A stretch of DNA of 63,975 nt, filler included, from Octopus bimaculoides (lineage: Eukaryota): the NCBI RefSeq assembly GCF_001194135.2. It is 8 parts of 8 records of this genome, joined end to end, with 100 filler letters (N's around TTAATTAATTAA, not from the genome) between each part and the next. Parts side by side here need not be neighbours in the genome. Positions count along the whole stretch, not along the records: positions 19,003 to 49,215 come from NC_068993.1; positions 49,316 to 58,251 come from NC_068981.1; positions 58,352 to 60,015 come from NC_068991.1; positions 60,116 to 62,495 come from NC_068999.1; 4 more parts are not named here. One strand, written 5' to 3'. Position numbers and translations under genes: made by a program. Shown here piece after piece: positions 48,896 to 61,998 of this stretch (its first letter is position 1; every line of letters begins with the position of its first letter). The notes beneath the pieces are model-generated. The model worked only from the letters and a program-made list of their open reading frames with translations, ran no database searches and was not told where the DNA came from.

Positions 48896-49214
48896 TTGTC
48901 ACTGCATGAACAAAGCCAGCCAAAATCTTTGTTAGAACTCCCCAATATGCTGTTCATGGAACAAGTGATACTTCAACCAACCAGGGGAAGCAATATTTTA
49001 GATCTCTGCTTCACAAACAATGTGAGCCTAATCCATAATGTGAAAGTAACACCTACATCTCTCTCAGATCATAACATTATAGAATTAACTATGTATGGTC
49101 CTAGACAACCCACTGACACCCACCCCACCAGGAGGACTCAAGCAATATCCAACCTGAATTTCCACAGGGCGGACTGGAAGTCAATTCGCAAAGAGATTCG
49201 AAATCAAAACTGGC
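48896..49214 (+). mobile_element. CR1/L2-like LINE apurinic endonuclease fragment
   Basis: LFMEQVILQPTRGSNILDLCFTNN...SLSDHNIIEL...LNFHRADWKSIRKEI shows the PTR--N-LDL, SDH and NF-RADW motifs. It is cut by a gap. Confidence 0.85.
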
Positions 49215-49547
49215 ANNNNNNNNNNNNNNNNNNNNNNNNNNNNNNNNNNNNNNNNNNNNTTAATTAATTAANNNNNNNNNNNNNNNNNNNNNNNNNNNNN
49301 NNNNNNNNNNNNNNNTATCTAATTTTACATCCCTTTAAAAAATAAGCAATACAATTAAGCATTAAAGATTAAAAATTAAGAATGAAAAATTAAAAGTAAA
49401 AATTATACTTTGTAATATCAAGAATTAAAATTTATAAATCATACGTTAAATTCAAATTACGATGAACGTAAACAAACAAATGAAGTTTGCGTTTGAGACA
49501 AATAGGTGCACATTGAATCAGGGGAGTCAGATATATATATATATATA

Positions 49548-49830
49548 TGGGAGAATATACAAATAATAACAACAGACGAGGACAGGTGGTGTAAATAACA
49601 AAAGTATATATTAGTATGACGCTCGGGAATACGGAAAGTCTTTGACGTTTCGAGCTATATATATATATATGGACTGTTGGTGATTTTTTCCTCCTTCTAC
49701 CTTTTCTTTTGGATTTTCCTATGTCTTCTTTTTCTGAAGAAGAACTTTGCTCGAAACGTAAAACAATCACTTTTTCTTTCCTTCTCTGTGCTTTTTATTA
49801 ATACCTTGTACCACGTCCTCGCGTTCTTGT
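49548..49830. mobile_element. Two divergently oriented Penelope-type pseudo-LTR fragments
   Basis: The minus fragment (49656-49548) begins GCTCGAAACGTCAAAG, a hammerhead 3' half truncated by (TA)n. The plus fragment contains a complete minimal hammerhead core at 49730-49763. Confidence 0.6.
49730..49763 (+). ncRNA. Minimal type I hammerhead ribozyme motif
   Basis: UUUU-CUGAAGA-A-GAAC-UUU-GCUC-GAAAC-GUA-AAA. The conserved core is intact, with one stem II mismatch, a weak stem I and the palindromic ACGU stem III typical of Penelope-associated hammerheads. Confidence 0.65.
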
Positions 49831-50410
49831 CTTTTTCTCGTTTTTTTTAAAAATGAATATATATAGGTAAATTTGTTGTTGAAAATATACCTAAATTTGA
49901 AAAAGTTTTAATTGTTTTTAAATAAATTTATTTACATATGTACCTACCTGGTTTCAACAATATTTTTTGTTTATCAATGGCAAAAATTTAAAATTATGAA
50001 TTATAAAAACATGTTTAAAAGTTTCGACGTTTGCAAGTTTAAATGTGTATAACAGTTAATAATATAAAAAATGTGTATCCTCTTGTTTAAATGCACAAAT
50101 TCAATAGTGTTTGTAATGATCGATAATAAATGTGGATCATGAGGGTTTCAGTCATACTGAGTTAAGAGGGAGAAAAACAAGGGAGAAATGAAGGTAGTAA
50201 AGAAAGGGTTTTGGGGTTACAGTTTCTGTGATTCTCTTTCCGTCGTGCGCAGGGACCAATGAAAGTTTATAAACACCAGTTGCTGACTTCACCTAACTCT
50301 AGACCAATGAAATTTTACCTCCTATCAAAACCGAACTTGAGCAAATACAACAAAATGATCCTTTAAGAAAGTCAACCAACTGGAACGGCTGATGACTGTT
50401 CCCCACATCA

Positions 50411-50875
<465 letters not shown>

Positions 50876-51399
50876 ATGACAGCTTATAAAATCGGGTAAA
50901 TACCGTGTAGAAAACGGGAAAAAGGGGCCAGCAAGCCTCGTTCTCACATTCTAAAAATTATAAAAAGTGGTATCTGTTGTCATCTGTCTCTTAGCTTAAT
51001 GGTGCGGAACACTCACCTTAATTTGAGAGGTGCAGGGTTTGCTTCACTGTGAAGACTTTCTGGTCACTTTTTCCCGCCTTTTGAAGGGTATTTTACCCGG
51101 TCTTTTAGACGCTGCCTTCCTGCCTTCGATGAATTCCCATTTTTTTTGTTGACTACCGACACGCTCTGCGCTTATAACTTTGTTTACAATATATACATAC
51201 GTATATACATGTCTCATAATTTTTACAAGAAAATGGTTGGCAGTGATTTCGAAGTTTCAAATGTCATATATCAGAGGAGGTTTTCGAGTAATGAAAGTGC
51301 AGCAAAACTAACGACGGTGCCCCAGCATGGCCACAACTCTCGAGCTGAAACTAGTAAAAGAGTATTACAGACAGACAGACAGACACACACACACACACA

Positions 51400-51430
<31 letters not shown>

Positions 51431-51502
51431 GCACAGAAAGACAGACAGACACACACACACACACACGCACACACACATGTGAATATGTGTGTGCGTGTAA
51501 GG

Positions 51503-51703
51503 CAGCGAGCTGGCAGAATCGGGCGTGATGTTTAGCGTAATTTCGTCTGTCTTTACGTTTTGAGTTCAAATTCCGCCGAGGTCGACATTACATTTCATCT
51601 TTTCGGGGTCGATAAATTAAGTACCAATTGCGTACTGGGATCGATCTAATCGACAAGTCCCCCTCCTCCCAAATTTCAGGCCTTGTGCCTAGAGTAGAAA
51701 AGA
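51503..51703 (+). mobile_element. SINE family A, low-divergence copy
   Basis: gcagcgagctggcagaatc...tgagttcaaattccgccgaggtcgac...ggggtcgataaattaagtacca...ccttgtgcctagagtagaaaaga. Confidence 0.9.
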
Positions 51704-52759
51704 NNNNNNNNNNNNNNNNNNNNNNNNNNNNNNNNNNNNNNNNNNNNNNNNNNNNNNNNNNNNNNNNNNNNNNNNNNNNNNNNNNNNNNNNNNNNNNNNN
51801 NNNNNNNNNNNNNNNNNNNNNNNNNNNNNNNNNNNNNNNNNNNNNNNNNNNNNNNNNNNNNNNNNNNNNNNNNNNNNNNNNNNNNNNNNNNNNNNNNNNN
51901 NNNNNNNNNNNNNNNNNNNNNNNNNNNNNNNNNNNNNNNNNNNNNNNNNNNNNNNNNNNNNNNNNNNNNNNNNNNNNNNNNNNNNNNNNNNNNNNNNNNN
52001 NNNNNNNNNNNNNNNNNNNNNNNNNNNNNNNNNNNNNNNNNNNNNNNNNNNNNNNNNNNNNNNNNNNNNNNNNNNNNNNNNNNNNNNNNNNNNNNNNNNN
52101 NNNNNNNNNNNNNNNNNNNNNNNNNNNNNNNNNNNNNNNNNNNNNNNNNNNNNNNNNNNNNNNNNNNNNNNNNNNNNNNNNNNNNNNNNNNNNNNNNNNN
52201 NNNNNNNNNNNNNNNNNNNNNNNNNNNNNNNNNNNNNNNNNNNNNNNNNNNNNNNNNNNNNNNNNNNNNNNNNNNNNNNNNNNNNNNNNNNNNNNNNTAT
52301 ATATATATATATGCAGACGTATAAAGAATAGTTTATAAGTCGACCTGAGCAGTTTGAGATAAGAGTGTGGGTCATATGTTAGTGGTGGTATAGCATTGTA
52401 GTGGTGTGGTAGGAGGGCGGTGACGTGGTGATGGTGGTGGTGTAGTGTGCGCGCGTGTGTGTGTGTGCGTATGTGTGTAGGTGCAGTGGCAATGGAGGGG
52501 TGCGGTGGCGGTGCGTTTGCGAGATGCGAGAGAGTTTGTTTTGTCAATATCTGCCAATTATGCATTCAGTTCCAGCAGATAACAACTAAAGCATAAAATA
52601 ATAATAATTTCTCAAACGTCACCGATTTATCAAAAGAAACTTGGCAATACACAGGGGTCACACGCTCTCCTCACCTCCCATCACTGATCTACACAGACAC
52701 ATAAACACATACATGCCAATACACACACACATACATACACTCATATTGTCACAAATACG

Positions 52760-52814
<55 letters not shown>

Positions 52815-52901
52815 GTGTGTATTTGTGTGTGTTTATGTCTGTGTGTACATACACACACACATATATATATATATAAATATATTCTATATATGTGTTTATG
52901 A

Positions 52902-52949
<48 letters not shown>

Positions 52950-52973
52950 TGACATACATGTTTATATACATAG

Positions 52974-53365
52974 AGGCGTGGTTGTGTGGTAAGTAGCTTG
53001 CTTACCAACCATATGGTTCCGGGTTCAGTCCCACTGCGTGGCACCATGGACAAGTGTCTTCTACTATAACCTCAGGCTGACCAAAGCCTTGTGAGTGGAT
53101 TTGGTAGACGGAAACTAAAAGAAGCCCGTTGTATATATGTATATATTTATGTGTCTGTGTGTCTTTGTGTCTGTGTTTGTCCCCCCCATCCCCATCGCTC
53201 GACAACCGATGTTGATCTTTTTACGTCCCTGCAACATAGCAGTTCGGAAAAAGAGACCGATAAATTAAGTAACAGGCTTACAAAGAATAAATTCTAGGGT
53301 GGATTTGTTTGACTGAAGGTGGTGCCCGCAGTCAAATGACTGAAACAAATAAAAAAAATAAAAGC
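52974..53365 (+). mobile_element. tRNA-derived SINE family B
   Basis: ggcgtggttgtgtggtaagtagc head, GGTTCAGTCCC and a gtcaaatgactgaaac tail. Partial copies lie at about 17807-17860, 55640-55840, 58360-58460 and 59780-59970. Confidence 0.85.
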
Positions 53366-53418
53366 AAAAAGAGAATATATATGTGTTTGTGTGCGTGTGT
53401 GTTTGTGTGCGAGTGTGT

Positions 53419-53468
<50 letters not shown>

Positions 53469-54453
53469 ACATAGACACATAAGTTATTTGTTTTGCAATG
53501 ACGAGGTTTGGGATTCAGTTCTCATCCGTAGTATCTTGATCGAATGCCATTTCCTATTATCTCGGGTCCACCCATATCTTGTGCGTGAAAATATGCATTG
53601 ATAGAAGCCCACGGAATAAATAGATCACCAACGGCGATCTATTTATCAGAGTGGAGACAGTGGAGCTATATTTCCATACAGGTGTTGTTTCTGAAGGTTT
53701 TAGCGAATAACCTTTTTCTTTCCGCCCACAAATCAAACTCTTAGTCTTTCTGAGATAATTTTTTTTTGGGGGGGGGATTTCGTTGCATCGTCAGAAGTTT
53801 CAATTTAATTTGTATCCTGATATATTGAACAATTTTGCTGTGTTTTTTTTTATCTTCCTGTTCAAACGGTACTGTGTGATTATAAAGTATTTTCTGAAAC
53901 TCTGTCTTACCTATGTACACATATTTTAGTAAATATTCCCTCTATCAAACATATACCACCACAGAAGTGAAATTTGTTTCATTGAATATATCTGCTTTCA
54001 CTAAGCATTTTAAGAAGGAGTAATACACTGATCCTGATGAGCCCGTAAATAATAGTGCAAAATGTCTACTAAAGTGTAGATGATCCAAAACGTTGGTAGC
54101 TCTTGTGTTTCTACCTTTGGTATATTAAGTTACACTGTACACTTCTTTATTGATTTTTTCGCTTTATATTTCTACGCTTTACAAGCAGACGAGTTTGCTT
54201 ATCTAACTTCACTTAATGTTTGCCTCAAAATTTACTCATGCTATTTGCGTCATTTTTACCTATTTACATCTTTCTGCCTACTCAAAGTTTTTTGCCACTT
54301 CTTCATGAATTGATCATAACAACTATACACACAGAGACATATATGCATGTGTGTGCGTATGCATAACAACTATACACACACACACACACGCACACACACA
54401 CACACACACACACACCCACCCACACACACACATATATATATATATATACATAC

Positions 54454-54514
<61 letters not shown>

Positions 54515-54873
54515 CACACACACACACACACGCACACACANNNNNNNNNNNNNNNNNNNNNNNNNNNNNNNNNNNNNNNNNNNNNNNNNNNNNNNNNNNN
54601 NNNNNNNNNNNNNNNNNNNNNNNNNNNNNNNNNNNNNNNNNNNNNNNNNNNNNNNNNNNNNNNNNNNNNNNNNNNNNNNNNNNNNNNNNNNNNNNNNNNN
54701 NNNNNNNNNNNNNNNNNNNNNNNNNNNNNNNNNNNNNNNNNNNNNNNNNNNNNNNNNNNNNNNNNNNNNNNNNNNNNNNNNNNNNNNNNNNNNNNNNNNN
54801 NNNNNNNNNNNNNNNNNNNNNNNNNNNNNNNNNNNNNNNNNNNNNNNNNNNNNNNNNNNNNNNNNNNNNNNNN

Positions 54874-55191
54874 GTCGAGATCACATCACATAAGAACATT
54901 GCGACACAATTTCTTCACTGAAAATGGTCCTGCTTTTTGCAATGTTATCCCGAAAGAAATTAAAGTAGAAAAAGACCCCACAACTTTGAAACGGTACCTG
55001 GACAAATTCCTTCAGGAAATACCGGATAAACCACCCACACTTGGATACGTCTCAACCAACAAGAACTCTCTGCTTGAGTGGTCCATGATTTCCCGAAATA
55101 ATTAACTAAAAGACTTTTTTAGGTGGTGCTACTGAGTTTGTCATGGCCTGGGCCGACAATGGCCAAAACCAGTCTAAGTTATCCAAGTTAT
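54874..55191 (+). mobile_element. CR1-like LINE 3' end (ORF2 C-terminus + 3'UTR)
   Basis: RSHHIRTLRHNFFTENGPAFCNVIPKEIK...LKRYLDKFLQEIPDKPPTLGY...NSLLEW, stop, then a short UTR. The F---GP--FN-LP..I...K--LD-FL--IPD-P motif is typical of CR1/L2 C-termini. Confidence 0.8.
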
Positions 55192-55529
55192 ACACCACTT
55201 TAAGCAATCTAGACAAGTCCAATTTGAACATCTGTGTGTGCGTCTGCGCTTATTTTGTATTATAATATATAAAAATGTAAATAATTCGTTTCAAATTTTG
55301 GTACAAAGCCGGTAGATTTAAGGGGATGGGTAAGTTGATTGCATTGAAACCAACGCTCAACTGGTACTTATTTTATCGACCCCAAAACGATGAGAAGCAA
55401 AATTTGAACGCAGAGCCTAAATATAAATTTAACATTGACATGTGCTTATATACATTTGTATGTACATATATATATATATATATATGCATACCAGTCAATA
55501 TCTATATCTGTCTCCCCATGTGTGTGTGT

Positions 55530-55599
<70 letters not shown>

Positions 55600-56109
55600 T
55601 TATGTATGTATATACATCCATATACATACATCTATGGGTATCTTTGTGTCTTTTTGTCTCACATCGTCGGTTGACAGCCGATGTTGGTGTATTTACATCC
55701 TCAGTACTTATCGGTTAGGTGAAAGAGACTGATAAATAGGTAACAGACTTAAACAAGTATTTGGATCGATTCATTCGATTAAAATTTCTCAAGATAGTGC
55801 CCCAGCATGGCCGCAGTCTAATGCCTGGAACAAGCAAAAGAAAGTCAAAAGAAGTATATATATATANNNNNNNNNNTATATATATATACATGTATATATG
55901 TAGGAAGAAAAAGAAAGTAGTCAGGAGTTTGAATAAAAATTATTTATTTAACTCTTTCAACTCTTTTATAACTTTCAGTCATTCACGACATGAACGCGTT
56001 AAATAAAATAATTTCCATTCAAAAGCCTGACTACCACCGTTTCCTTAAGATAACAGCTGAAGCTCTGTTCTCTGCAACGCCGCTGTGAGCGATACATTAT
56101 TTGCACCAT

Positions 56110-56423
56110 GTGGAAAATATTCCACCAATATTATCCAAATGATATCGGCATTATGTTTACAATTCACCCAAGATTAGGTCCCCGGCCAATGCGTCCTCTA
56201 CAAACGTCGAGATCACATCACATAAGAACATTGCGACACAATTTCTTCACTGAAAATGGTCCTGCTTTTTGCAATGTTATCCCGAAAGAAATTAAAGTAG
56301 AAAAAGACCCCACAACTTTGAAACGGTACCTGGACAAATTCCTTCAGGAAATACCGGATAAACCACCCACACTTGGATACGTCTCAACCAACAAGAACTC
56401 TCTGCTTGAGTGGTCCATGATTT
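56110..56423 (+). mobile_element. CR1-like LINE ORF2 C-terminal fragment (overlaps previous by 218 identical bp)
   Basis: WKIFHQYYPNDIGIMFTIHPRLGPR... continues into sequence identical to 54874-55091. Confidence 0.8.
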
Positions 56424-57287
56424 NNNNNNNNNNNNNNNNNNNNNNNNNNNNNNNNNNNNNNNNNNNNNNNNNNNNNNNNNNNNNNNNNNNNNNNNNNNNN
56501 NNNNNNNNNNNNNNNNNNNNNNNNNNNNNNNNNNNNNNNNNNNNNNNNNNNNNNNNNNNNNNNNNNNNNNNNNNNNNNNNNNNNNNNNNNNNNNNNNNNN
56601 NNNNNNNNNNNNNNNNNNNNNNNNNNNNNNNNNNNNNNNNNNNNNNNNNNNNNNNNNNNNNNNNNNNNNNNNNNNNNNNNNNNNNNNNNNNNNNNNNNNN
56701 NNNNNNNNNNNNNNNNNNNNNNNNNNNNNNNNNNNNNNNNNNNNNNNNNNNNNNNNNNNNNNNNNNNNNNNNNNNNNNNNNNNNNNNNNNNNNNNNNNNN
56801 NNNNNNNNNNNNNNNNNNNNNNNNNNNNNNNNNNNNNNNNNNNNNNNNNNNNNNNNNNNNNNNNNNNNNNNNNNNNNNNNNNNNNNNNNNNNNNNNNNNN
56901 NNNNNNNNNNNNNNNNNNNNNNNNNNNNNNNNNNNNNNNNNNNNNNNNNNNNNNNNNNNNNNNNNNNNNNNNNNNNNNNNNNNNNNNNNNNNNNNNNNNN
57001 NNNNNNNNNNNNNNNNNNNNNNNNNNNNNNNNNNNNNNNNNNNNNNNNNNNNNNNNNNNNNNNNNNNNNNNNNNNNNNNNNNNNNNNNNNNNNNNNNNNN
57101 NNNNNNNNNNNNNNNNNNNNNNNNNNNNNNNNNNNNNNNNNNNNNNNNNNNNNNNNNNNNNNNNNNNNNNNNNNNNNNNNNNNNNNNNNNNNNNNNNNNN
57201 NNNNNNNNNNNNNNNNNNNNNNNNNNNNNNNNNNNNNNNNNNNNNNNNNNNNNNNNNNNNNNNNNNNNNNNNNNNNNNNNNNNNNNN

Positions 57288-57330
<43 letters not shown>

Positions 57331-57508
57331 ACATACACATACACACACACACGTATATATATCTACAGAGGAATAAGAAACAGAAGACACGCACAATATA
57401 TTTATACATACATACATATATATATGTGCGTATATATATTATATAGCAACAGAGAGAAAGAGAGAGAGATATATACATGCAAGACTGCATGCGTGTTTGA
57501 ACGAAGTG

Positions 57509-57600
<92 letters not shown>

Positions 57601-58145
57601 TTACATAGTTTTATAATTCCATTAAAATATATCGCTGCGAGAGTATTTTGTATGTCTAAATGTATACACACATAAAATTATATACATGCACATGCAAATA
57701 TTTGTATGCATATATATATATGTATATATGTATATATATATATACGTGCACACATATTTTTGTGTGTGATTGTGAGCAGCCAGTCATTCATCGCCTAAAG
57801 GTTATTTTGTGGAAAAATATAAATGCGGAATATAAATAAAAAATGAACGTCTATCAAAGCATTGTCTGTCCGTCTTTGTTTCAAACTTCAGATGTCTTTG
57901 TCCAGCTGGAGATAAACTGTGACAAGTTGCTCATTAGACAAATGATTCATTGTAAATGACCATAACACACTGTTGTCGCTGCTACTGCTGCTCCTAACGA
58001 TGTCTCGTTTCCTTGCACCGTCTCTTTATATCTATAAACGTACCACACAATATGTCTGCCTATAATAATTTTTCAGCTCTGTCTCCCTACAACATCGTCT
58101 GTCCAATTCTGATAATCATTCAAGTATAGCAAAAAGAAAAAGAAA

Positions 58146-58251
<106 letters not shown>

Positions 58252-59550
58252 NNNNNNNNNNNNNNNNNNNNNNNNNNNNNNNNNNNNNNNNNNNNTTAAT
58301 TAATTAANNNNNNNNNNNNNNNNNNNNNNNNNNNNNNNNNNNNNNNNNNNNATATATATATTCTTCAGTTTCCATCTATCAAATCCACTCACAAGGCTTT
58401 GGTCGGCCCAAGGTGCCTTGCAGTGGCAATGAACCCGGAACCATGTGGTTGGTAAGCAAGCCCTGCCTGTTCACTTTTTACTTTTTCTCTCTGTCTTTCT
58501 TCCTCTTTTTCTCTATCACATAATTTTGTAAATGAACAATCTGGTGTGTTTATTTTAATGGCCTACCAATGTATATATAATGCGTCTCTCTGCCCTAAGT
58601 GTCAGGAAGGCACTCAGCAAGAAATGAAAACAGAATTGAAAGAGGATGATAATGAAAATAATAATAATGATAATAATGTTGCTTGTTTTTGTTATACGAT
58701 ATCTTGCAGTAATAACAAAGCGAAGAATATAAAACGATCATTGTTTTGCTTTTGGATAAAAAAAAAGGAAAAAAAAGCACACACACACAACGATGACATA
58801 TTGAATAATAAAGTCACAGATATAACGTGAAAAAATATTTCATAAGCTAGTCGTGGCTGCATTAACAGTGCGCCCATATGTGCTCCATCAGTACATTATA
58901 CATACAAATACGTNNNNNNNNNNAGAAGAAGAAGAAGAAGAAGAAGAAGAAGAAGAAGAATGCCCTGATGCAGAACTGGGTAGATTCATGGCTTCTGATC
59001 TTAATTGATTGGAAGTGTTATCATGTACATTGTTTTGTCTTGGTATAAAAGATCGGCGACAGCAAATATTCTGCTTAATACCACAGATTTGCTTGTCAGT
59101 TGTTTGACCTTAACCAGTTGAGCATGTCCCTTGGTGGCTGACGATATGTGCATCTCTGATCACGAGCAGAAGTAGTAGGGGAGCATCATAGCCATGTGTT
59201 GAAAGGAATTCTTTGGGATTTGGATAATTCACCTTTGGAAACATGGGTGTTTCGTTCAACATCCTTAAACAACCCTTATTCAGGGACCTTTTAAGTGGAA
59301 TGGACTACTTGACCTGAAAAAAATGCTAACTGGGTCCCATCTGCAAGGTCATGCGCTGTTTATCTTGATATAAGATCACCATGTCGCGCACATATGGTTG
59401 TGATGCATGTGCCTGGTGTACCTTTGTCAGACGAGTAGTCATGTGATGGGTATACTGTGCTTTGTATATTTTACCCCAGTGTCACTTTGATGGCATGCAC
59501 TGCTCTCTCACTCAATATTAATAACAACATTACTAATAACAATAATAATA

Positions 59551-59739
59551 ATTGAAATCGAAAAGATGTGGCATCTCAAAACGGTTACAATACCAGTGAT
59601 TGTAGGAGCACTTGGAATAATCAAAAAAGGAACTGAAAATTATTTAAGAACGATCCCTGGCTTACTATCCACGCAGGAAGTGCAAAAAATTGTCTTAACT
59701 GCTACGTTACACTTGCTGAGAAGAGCATTATCGCTGTGA
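59551..59739 (+). mobile_element. R4/Dong-like retrotransposon C-terminal fragment
   Basis: IEIEKMWHLKTVTIPVIVGALGIIKKGTENYLRTIPGLLSTQEVQKIVLTATLHLLRRALSL*. It overlaps the motif at 43243-43380 (EIE--RMW-LKT-TI-II) and starts right after (TAA)n. Confidence 0.8.
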
Positions 59740-60253
59740 ACATTCTTTCCTTCTTTACCCTTTATTCTTTTTATTCTTTTATTCTTATATTTGTTTTAGT
59801 CATTTGATTGCGGCCATGCTGAAGCACCACCTTTAATCGAACAAATCGACCCCAAGACTTATTCTTTGTATCGGTTCTCTTTTGCCGAACCGCTAAATTA
59901 CGGGAACGTAAACACACCAACATCGGTTGTCAGGTGATTGTGGGGACAAACACAGACACACAAACGCACACATACATACATACATACATACATACATACA
60001 TACATACATACATACNNNNNNNNNNNNNNNNNNNNNNNNNNNNNNNNNNNNNNNNNNNNTTAATTAATTAANNNNNNNNNNNNNNNNNNNNNNNNNNNNN
60101 NNNNNNNNNNNNNNNTTTTTTTTTTTTGTTTTTTTTTTGTTTCTTCTTTGTTTTTGCCTTTTCTTTTCGGTTTGTGAAATCTTGCATCAAGATTGATTAA
60201 AGACTCTTTTGCTGGAACCAAACACATTTCATCTTTCCATTTCTCCTTTCCTC

Positions 60254-60345
<92 letters not shown>

Positions 60346-60512
60346 TCTCTCTCTCTCTCCTTCTCTCTCTCTCTCTCCTTCTCTCTCTCTCTCCTTCTCT
60401 CTCTCTATCTATCTTTCTTTCTTTCTTTCTCTATGGTTATTCAGTAAATTAACTTAGTTAACCTACACATGTAACACTTTGTGTTTTCTTCTTCTTCTTC
60501 TTCTTCTTCTTC

Positions 60513-60549
<37 letters not shown>

Positions 60550-60715
60550 CATTATTATTATTATTATCGTTGTCGTTGTTGTTGCTGTTGTTGTTGTTCC
60601 TTTGGTTTAGGATCCGGATGTATTCCGATGTTATTTCGTTCGCATTTCATGATTGCCGATTCCTAGCTCCAGGAGTTGCTTCTTTTCATCTATCGCTATT
60701 GATTTTTCGCTGGTC

Positions 60716-60746
<31 letters not shown>

Positions 60747-60889
60747 CTTCTTCTTCTTCTTCTTCTTCTTCTTCTTCTTCTTCTTCTTCTTCTTCTTCTT
60801 GTGTTTCTGCTCTTTCCGTTCCTGCTTCTTCTGTTCTTCTTTTTATCTTCTACTACTACTACTACTACTGCTACTACTGTTGCTGCTAC

Positions 60890-60955
60890 TGCTGCCGCAC
60901 TTGCTGCTGCCGCACTTGCTGCTGCCGCACTTGCTGCTGCCGCACTTGCTGCTGC
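60890..60955. repeat. 15-bp tandem repeat grown out of a (CTG/CTA)n tract
   Basis: (CTGCTGCCGCACTTG)x4, following (CTT)n and (CTA)n tracts. Confidence 0.9.
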
Positions 60956-61063
60956 CCCTGTTTTGGGAAGGTGAGATAAACGTGGCTTCAAAAACACATT
61001 ATGAGTTTCTTCACATGAAACAAGAATTAGAGTCATTTGGGGAACCACGTATAAAAGGACACC

Positions 61064-61121
<58 letters not shown>

Positions 61122-61340
61122 AGGCGGGGAGTTAGCAGAATCGTTAGCACGCCTAATGAAATGCTTAGCGGTATTTCGTTTGTCTTCATGTTCTCAGTTC
61201 AAATTCTGCCGAGATCGACTTTGCCTTTCATTCTGTCGGCATCGATAAAATAAGTACCAGTTGCGTACTGGGGTCGATGTAATCAACTCATCTTCTCCCT
61301 TAAATTTCAGTCCTTGTGCCTATGATAGAAGGGACTATTA
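61122..61340 (+). mobile_element. SINE family A
   Basis: ggcggggagttagcagaatcgttagcacgcc...gatcgactttgcctttcat...tttcagtccttgtgcctatgatagaagg, between (ATT)n and (TAG)n tracts. Confidence 0.85.
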
Positions 61341-61341
61341 T

Positions 61342-61386
<45 letters not shown>

Positions 61387-61846
61387 CAGCAGGAGATGGT
61401 TGTTGTTGTTGTCTTTCTTCTTTGTCGTTTTCTTCTTTCACTGCACAATCGTGTGCATTTCTGTGCATTTCTGTGCATTTGCAGTGCTTTTACGTGTTAT
61501 TTTTTACGTCAGCTTCCGTAATACATACATTTTTATGGTTATGGTTATAAAGGTGGTGATAGTAGTGTTGCTAATTCACACAAGTGTAAGTGGTGGTTGT
61601 GGTGATGGCGGTGGCGTCGTTAATCGCTACAGTTAGACGCCATAATAGAAATTATATCGCCATATTTCATTGCTAAAAAATCTATTCTAAAAAATATAAA
61701 ATTCGAAATAAAACAAACATAAATTTAATTACTAAACGACAGAGAAATGTAGCAGAACGCAATCAGATGTGTTTCCGGTCAAAGTTATGTTTCATTTTTA
61801 TTTGTTTCCGGTATTTAGTTCGCTCCGCCTTCTATCTATCTATCTA

Positions 61847-61903
<57 letters not shown>

Positions 61904-61936
61904 NNNNNNNNNNNNNNNNNNNNNNNNNNNNNNNNN

Positions 61937-61998
<62 letters not shown>

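Noticed and set aside
60686-61048. Poly-Ala/poly-Arg ORF suggestive of a repeat-expansion protein near HTT
   Set aside because: It is a translation of adjacent (CTT)n, (CTA)n and 15-bp repeats. HTT's polyQ exon 1 is not in this window.
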